The notes below the pieces were generated by a model. It did no database searches and had not been told where the DNA came from. It worked only from the letters and a program-made list of their open reading frames with translations. Below, in pieces: positions 15,204 to 20,000 of a stretch of 20,000 nt of DNA (positions within the stretch are counted from its first letter, which is position 1; each line of letters opens with the position of its first letter). Made by a program: the position numbers and the translations under genes. Source of the DNA: an uncultured virus (IMG/VR IMGVR_UViG_3300031994_000066) (lineage: Duplodnaviria > Heunggongvirae > Uroviricota > Caudoviricetes); IMG/VR virus record IMGVR_UViG_3300031994_000066, one strand, 5' to 3'.

Positions 15204-15932
15204 CTATTTGTTCACGGCGAGACCTTTTGCCTCTCTGTTGCGCTTGATTGCTGTCTTGACATCATCCAGCACGGGATTGGTCTTCTCGCCCTCTTGACCG
15301 CCACCTCTGCGAGGCGTTACGTCCGCATCGTGGTTCGAGCAATACTTGTTGTACCGCTTGACAAAGTGGTCGGCTTTGTCATCGACATCCATGTCCTCTG
15401 TGATAGTGACATCGGCAAGAGTGTCGTTAATCCAGTCCTCGTCATCCACTCCGAGCTCCTTGATTTTGGCAAAGAGCGCTTTGCGAACATCTGCGATTTT
15501 CTTGGATTTCTTGTCGGCTTCGTCCTTTTCTTCGAGGGCTTTCAGTCGTTTTTCCAAGTCCTTGACATACTTTGACTTTTTGCCTTTGGTGTCGGCGTTG
15601 TCGTCGTCATCATCGTCGTCGTCATCGTCATCATCGTCGTCGGAATCCGAACTACCTTTGAGTTTGTCCTTGAGAGACTTGATTTCTTTGTCCTTGTCGG
15701 CAACGGCTTTCTTCGTCTCGTGAAGCGAGAGTCCGGCGGCAGAAGCGATGGATTTCTCCACTTTGGCAATGAAATCACTCAATTCGAGTTCTTCGTTGTC
15801 ACCAATCAAATCGAGGGTGTTTTCTACAACCTCCTTGATGGTACGAGTAAGGTCAAGGTCTTTGTACTTACTCTTTTTGTCTTTGAATTTTGCCTCAAGG
15901 TCTTTGATGGCATCTTCTTTTGTGAATTTCAT
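15204..15932 (-). CDS. Capsid scaffolding protein
   Basis: 242-aa highly charged (K/D/E) helical protein with a poly-Asp linker. It is the first gene of the head operon, and no prohead protease gene is seen in the window. Confidence 0.7.
   Translation of the reverse strand: MKFTKEDAIKDLEAKFKDKKSKYKDLDLTRTIKEVVENTLDLIGDNEELELSDFIAKVEKSIASAAGLSLHETKKAVADKDKEIKSLKDKLKGSSDSDDDDDDDDDDDDDDNADTKGKKSKYVKDLEKRLKALEEKDEADKKSKKIADVRKALFAKIKELGVDDEDWINDTLADVTITEDMDVDDKADHFVKRYNKYCSNHDADVTPRRGGGQEGEKTNPVLDDVKTAIKRNREAKGLAVNK
15601..15641. repeat. Imperfect trinucleotide repeat (tcg/tca) encoding the poly-Asp run of the scaffold
   Basis: The sequence tcgtcgtcatcatcgtcgtcgtcatcgtcatcatcgtcgtc corresponds to the run of 14 Asp residues. 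Confidence 0.9.
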
Positions 15933-15955
15933 AACTTACCTATTTTTGTTACTAT

Positions 15956-15974
15956 TTTCAGTTTGCAAAAGTAC
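15956..15974 (-). promoter_or_regulatory. Leftward promoter (-7 box) for the head/tail operon
   Basis: The minus strand reads GTACTTTTGCAAACTGAAA with a TACTTTTG core ~34 nt upstream of ATG 15932. Confidence 0.7.
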
Positions 15975-16071
15975 GAATTATTAACGAGATGTAGGCAACT
16001 AAATTCTCCAAAAACTATTCGGTACGAATCAAAACCAATATTTTAGCCACCGTTCAGTACGGTAAAAATGT

Positions 16072-16090
16072 GTACTTTTGCAAACTGAAA
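16072..16090 (+). promoter_or_regulatory. Rightward promoter (-7 box) for the terminase/portal operon
   Basis: GTACTTTTGCAAACTGAAA with a TACTTTTG core (16073-16080) 26 nt upstream of ATG 16107. Confidence 0.7.
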
Positions 16091-16106
16091 ACATACTATA
16101 GATTTA

Positions 16107-17729
16107 ATGGGAAAAGTTAATATCATACGACCTCAAGAGGGCTTTCAGGAGCAGTTCTGTAAGACCAATGTAGACTTCTGCATTGGAGGTGGTGTATTGG
16201 CTGCTGGAAAGACATTCGGTGCGGTATTATCTATAGCAGAAGCAGTTACGACGGACGGTAATTTCCGTGGATTATTCTTGAGAAATAACCTCGACGATAC
16301 AAAAGCGTCTGGTGGTATTCTCGACACATTCGATGAGATTTACGGTAAGTATTGCCACATTGTAAAAAGCGAAAATCCTCGTGTTGAGTTCCCAATCGGA
16401 GCGAGGTGCGATGTTACCCACGTTGCAGACCAAAGTCGCTCGAAAGTGCTACAGCGTTTCAAAGGCCGTCAGTATGATTTCATCTATTTTGACGAGTTGA
16501 CTGGATTTTCTTGGGAGTGTTTCTCCGCAATATACACTCGTAACCGTGGAACGGCAAAGTGGACTGGCAAAGTAAGGGCGACAACCAACCCAGAGCGTAA
16601 CTGCTGGGTTCGCAAATTCATTGATTGGTATGTCGGCGTTGACGGCTTTATCCGCGAGGATAGAAACGGCATTGTCCGCTACTTCTATATGGCTGGAGAG
16701 TCCGTTGAAGAGGTTGTCTGGGGAAACACCAAGGAGGAAGTGTACCAGCAATGCTCTCTCAAGATAAACAAGGCTCTTGAAAAGGTTATCGGAAAGGACT
16801 GGAGATTAAAAGACCCTAACGCTTGGAGGCAGATGATTAAGTCTTTCACATTTTACCTCGGTAAGATGTCGGAGAACAAATCAATGATGCAAGCCAATGA
16901 TGGTTATGTTGGCTCTGTGGCTGTTATGGGCGGTCGAAACTCCGAACAGTTGCTTGAGGGTAACTGGAACGTATCGCCGGAAGAAGACAACGCCGCACCT
17001 ATTCCGTCAATGGACGCAAACTATGTGTTCCTCAACGACGAGCAGAAGAACGGCGACAGATGGATTACTTGTGACCTCGCTGACACTGGCACGGATAACT
17101 TCCTCGCTATAGCGTGGGATGGATTCCATATCAAGGATATGCTCATCCTCGGACAGACAACCCCAAGGATGAACGCAGAGCAACTACAGATGTTCGCCAG
17201 AACTCACAATGTGGCAGACAACCATATTATATATGATGCTGTGCGCGGTGTATATATAAACGACTACATACCAGACGCAGTTCAATATGTGTCCTACCGC
17301 TCTCCTATGGGTATGTTCGGCAGAATGGCGATGAAGCTCAAGGATGAGTGTTATTTGAGGCTCGTTGAAGCTATCAAGCGACACATGATTTCAATGGACG
17401 AGGGTCTGGCAACAAGAATATACGAACACCAGCGTCTCAAGGACAACATCACAATCCAACAAGAGTTTCTTGAGGAATGTTCTGTTGTCCGCTTCAAGGA
17501 TATGGCGAGCGGAAAGAAATGTCTATTCTCAAAAAAGGAGATGAATCAGATGCTCGGTAAAGGGCGCTCTATGGACTTGCTTGACCCTTGTGCGATGAGA
17601 ATGCTGCCGGTTCTCGGTTACAACTACGGTGATGAACTGGTGAAGACTGCAGCATCATACGTCAATGATGATGTGGCAGACGATGACACCGTGGATATTT
17701 TCGACGATACATTATGGGGGATAAGATAA
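16107..17729 (+). CDS. terL: Terminase large subunit
   Basis: Adenine-binding PQEGFQ, Walker A GGVLAAGKT, Walker B FIYFDE, coupling motif ATTNP, and RNase H-like nuclease aspartates (TCDLADTGTD, SMDLLD). Confidence 0.95.
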   Translation: MGKVNIIRPQEGFQEQFCKTNVDFCIGGGVLAAGKTFGAVLSIAEAVTTDGNFRGLFLRNNLDDTKASGGILDTFDEIYGKYCHIVKSENPRVEFPIGARCDVTHVADQSRSKVLQRFKGRQYDFIYFDELTGFSWECFSAIYTRNRGTAKWTGKVRATTNPERNCWVRKFIDWYVGVDGFIREDRNGIVRYFYMAGESVEEVVWGNTKEEVYQQCSLKINKALEKVIGKDWRLKDPNAWRQMIKSFTFYLGKMSENKSMMQANDGYVGSVAVMGGRNSEQLLEGNWNVSPEEDNAAPIPSMDANYVFLNDEQKNGDRWITCDLADTGTDNFLAIAWDGFHIKDMLILGQTTPRMNAEQLQMFARTHNVADNHIIYDAVRGVYINDYIPDAVQYVSYRSPMGMFGRMAMKLKDECYLRLVEAIKRHMISMDEGLATRIYEHQRLKDNITIQQEFLEECSVVRFKDMASGKKCLFSKKEMNQMLGKGRSMDLLDPCAMRMLPVLGYNYGDELVKTAASYVNDDVADDDTVDIFDDTLWGIR

Positions 17730-17730
17730 T

Positions 17731-18291
17731 ATGACAGAGAAAAAGATAAAAGAGATAATCTCAGACCTCAAGGAAAAGGGATTTCAGATAAAGGTTCGCG
17801 ACATCGCATTTATGCTGTTGTCGAAGAATATGCCGGAGGAACTGGCATACAAAGCCCTCTTTATGGACGAGGGATATGAGAACTACAACAATATGTCGCA
17901 CATTGTTGCGTTAAGGAGTTACTGGAAGTACAATGTCAAGGAAAAAGTAAAGACCATTGAGGATGACAGTAGCGACAGTGGAAGCGGAGCAAGCATCACC
18001 TTTGACGAGAACCGCAAGGCTATGGAAAAACTTATCACCGACCTTACGCAAGAAATCAAGGATGACAATTTCGCCGAAGACCGCGACAAGTTGATGGCAC
18101 AGAAGACCGTCGCAGACCTCCGCATCAAGCTCGCTGACAAGTTCGGTGTTCAAGAGATGACCCAAGAACAGATTGTCATTGTCGAACCGAAATTCAACGC
18201 AATCTGTCAATGTGGAAGAGAGATACATATCCCAACCATTGAAGAACTCAAACAAAAATACAACCTTGTAGAAGCAAAAAATAAAAAATAA
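17731..18291 (+). CDS. Hypothetical protein, possible terminase small subunit
   Basis: 186 aa, tightly packed between terL and portal. It has a helical N-terminal domain, a linker, two long helices ending in LADKFG, and a beta/CxC tail (IVIVEPKFNAICQCG). The function is inferred. Confidence 0.45.
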   Translation: MTEKKIKEIISDLKEKGFQIKVRDIAFMLLSKNMPEELAYKALFMDEGYENYNNMSHIVALRSYWKYNVKEKVKTIEDDSSDSGSGASITFDENRKAMEKLITDLTQEIKDDNFAEDRDKLMAQKTVADLRIKLADKFGVQEMTQEQIVIVEPKFNAICQCGREIHIPTIEELKQKYNLVEAKNKK

Positions 18292-18296
18292 CAGAT

Positions 18297-19844
18297 ATGA
18301 CACACGAAGAAGAGATTAGAGACCTACTCGACCACCCTCAAAAACTCCTGCAAAAAAAGCCTTTCACCAGAGGGGCAGAGTTTGAGCCGGACGGAATGGA
18401 TGACGTTCCTATCTACCTCAATAACGAGGTTCAGGCACGTTTACCTCGGTATAAACGCATCGTAGTACCGCAGGAACAGTTCTTACAGGAACTCGACCCG
18501 AACTGTCACTCCGTGTTGTTCGATGATAGCATACCGTCAATATGCGTAAAGACAAAAAAAGACGGTTTTGTTGAGATTGACTATGAGAAGATGGCTGTGT
18601 CATTCCAGAAGAAGATACGCAACAAAAAATATCTCCACATGTCTGGAAACGAGACGCAGTTCACACTCATCGACAAGGACCCGACAGAGCAAGTGGCAAA
18701 CAACTTCATCACCATTAAGCAAGAATGGGATTTGCGTAATATGGACGGCTGGAGAAACAAGTTCATCTTGACGCAGATGTCTGTCGGTGACGGTGGTCTT
18801 CTCTTCTACTACAACCACAACGATGAGGTTAAATGCCGTCTTATATCGTTTATGGATGGCTACGTCATCTGCACCCACCGCGACCACAACGGAGAGGTTC
18901 TTCTTGAGACGATTTACTACTCCGACAACGGAGTTGAGTACATCGATTCTTACGACGAGACGTATCGCTACCGCTACTCAAACGACCTCGGAACACTCAC
19001 GGATGAGGACATCGTTGTTGACGGGTGGCGTTGGCACAAGCCGGTCAAGCACGGCTTCTCGGAGATACCCCTCGTGTCTCACCGTGGAGATGTGGCCTGG
19101 GAGGATGCACAGAGCATCATCACCAGTTACGAAATCCTTTACAATATCTTCAACGCAATTCAGAAGCGTCTCGGATGGGGTCTGCTGTACATTAAGGGTA
19201 AGTTCAAGCAGAACGCAAAGAAAATCGCTGGCAGTGTTATTCTGAATGATGACAGCCTTGACAGCAACGGCGACGCTAAATTCCTCACTCCTCCTACGCC
19301 GGACAACACAATCAAGACACTGGAGTTGATGGAAGAGACCATCCAGAAATGTGCTGGATGCACTTTCATCCTCCCAAAGGACATCAAGGTCAGTGGCGAT
19401 ATAAGCGGTGTCGCCGTGGAGATGACACAAGGTCTCGACATTGAGACCGCACAGAGCGGTGCAATCGAGTGGCAGAATGTCATTGACAAGATGGTTCGCC
19501 TCTTCAAAGAGGGTCTTGCTAACGAGTATGTGGCAAAGAAGAAAAACGAGAAAGCCAGCACAGAGTTTGCCAAAATCCGAATCAACGCCTACATCAAGAT
19601 TTGGCGACCCAAGAGCGATATTGAGTACAACAATATGCTTTCGTCTTCCGTTACCGCGGGCATCCTCTCTCAAGAGACTGGTGTCGAGTGCCACACGGAA
19701 AGCAAGCCGGACGAACTCAAGAGAATACAGAGGGAGGCAGAGCGTAAGTTCGACACGGAACTTGAGCAGACCAAACGCAAAAAAGAACTTGACCAAGAGT
19801 TCTCTAACAACGACGATGACAACAACAATAACAACAATAAATAA
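18297..19844 (+). CDS. Portal protein (SPP1 gp6-like)
   Basis: 515 aa downstream of the terminase. Motifs HGFSEIPLV, GDAKFLT, DISGVAV, AGILSQET and DELKRIQRE match the layout of SPP1-type portals. Confidence 0.9.
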   Translation: MTHEEEIRDLLDHPQKLLQKKPFTRGAEFEPDGMDDVPIYLNNEVQARLPRYKRIVVPQEQFLQELDPNCHSVLFDDSIPSICVKTKKDGFVEIDYEKMAVSFQKKIRNKKYLHMSGNETQFTLIDKDPTEQVANNFITIKQEWDLRNMDGWRNKFILTQMSVGDGGLLFYYNHNDEVKCRLISFMDGYVICTHRDHNGEVLLETIYYSDNGVEYIDSYDETYRYRYSNDLGTLTDEDIVVDGWRWHKPVKHGFSEIPLVSHRGDVAWEDAQSIITSYEILYNIFNAIQKRLGWGLLYIKGKFKQNAKKIAGSVILNDDSLDSNGDAKFLTPPTPDNTIKTLELMEETIQKCAGCTFILPKDIKVSGDISGVAVEMTQGLDIETAQSGAIEWQNVIDKMVRLFKEGLANEYVAKKKNEKASTEFAKIRINAYIKIWRPKSDIEYNNMLSSSVTAGILSQETGVECHTESKPDELKRIQREAERKFDTELEQTKRKKELDQEFSNNDDDNNNNNNK

Positions 19845-19846
19845 TT

Positions 19847-20000
19847 ATGGAGAGAATGTTGCTTCTGTACCGTGATGCAAGAAGCACGGACAGCGACTTT
19901 AACCACGTCAAGGTGATACTTGACACAGTGACATTGGACTGGAATACGATGCACAATACATACGGTGTTCCGGCAAATGCCAGCGGAGATACTACCGTGA
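19847..20000 (+). CDS. Hypothetical protein, 5' fragment (runs off the right edge)
   Basis: ATG 2 nt after the portal stop, open to the end of the window: MERMLLLYRDARSTDSDFNHVKVILDTVTLDWNTMHNTYGVPANASGDTTV. Confidence 0.6.
   Translation, partial: MERMLLLYRDARSTDSDFNHVKVILDTVTLDWNTMHNTYGVPANASGDTTV

Larger units (their letters stand above)
15955..16091. repeat. Perfect 20-bp inverted repeat with a 97-bp spacer
   Basis: ttttcagtttgcaaaagtac (15955-15974) is the exact reverse complement of gtacttttgcaaactgaaaa (16072-16091). Confidence 0.95.

Noticed and set aside
10097..15247. Long plus-strand ORFs (10097..11014, 11692..12378, 13296..14135, 14474..15247)
   Set aside because: They are antisense shadows of the minus-strand structural genes, most of which are strongly codon-biased. 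They show no recognisable motifs or initiation context.
18978..19796. 272-aa minus-strand ORF
   Set aside because: Antisense shadow of the portal gene.
19806..19841. aac/aat repeat at the end of the portal gene
   Set aside because: Encodes a short low-complexity Asn/Asp tail that doubles as the A-rich leader of the next gene; nothing suggests a separate function.
1..20000. Stop-codon reassignment (alternative genetic code)
   Set aside because: Genes are full length and densely packed under the standard code. TAA, TAG and TGA all end genes at sensible boundaries.

Overview
The window is the virion-morphogenesis region of a long-tailed (siphovirus-type) dsDNA phage or prophage. The host is probably Bacteroidota, judged from four TAnnTTTG '-7' promoter boxes and AT-rich leaders that mostly lack a Shine-Dalgarno sequence. 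Two transcription units diverge from a 174-bp intergenic region (15933-16106). Rightward: terminase large subunit, a possible terminase small subunit, an SPP1-type portal and a truncated ORF. Leftward: scaffold, head decoration protein, major capsid, head-tail adaptor, head closure, an enlarged basic tail-completion protein, tail terminator, tail tube protein, tail assembly chaperones with a -1 slippery site, and a 2366-aa tape measure protein. Where Dit/Tal genes would normally follow the tape measure gene, there is instead a separately promoted cassette. It holds a second tail-tube paralog ending in a tandem LWDDGS motif, a small beta-rich protein, a 91-aa protein carrying the same motif four times, and a fibre-like protein with a CBM5/12-like segment. 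The most notable observations are this putative motif-based fibre-docking module, a perfect 20-bp inverted repeat forming both divergent promoters, and a shared extended promoter motif GTAnTTTTGCAnnnnGAAA. Product calls come from motifs and gene order read by eye, not from database searches.
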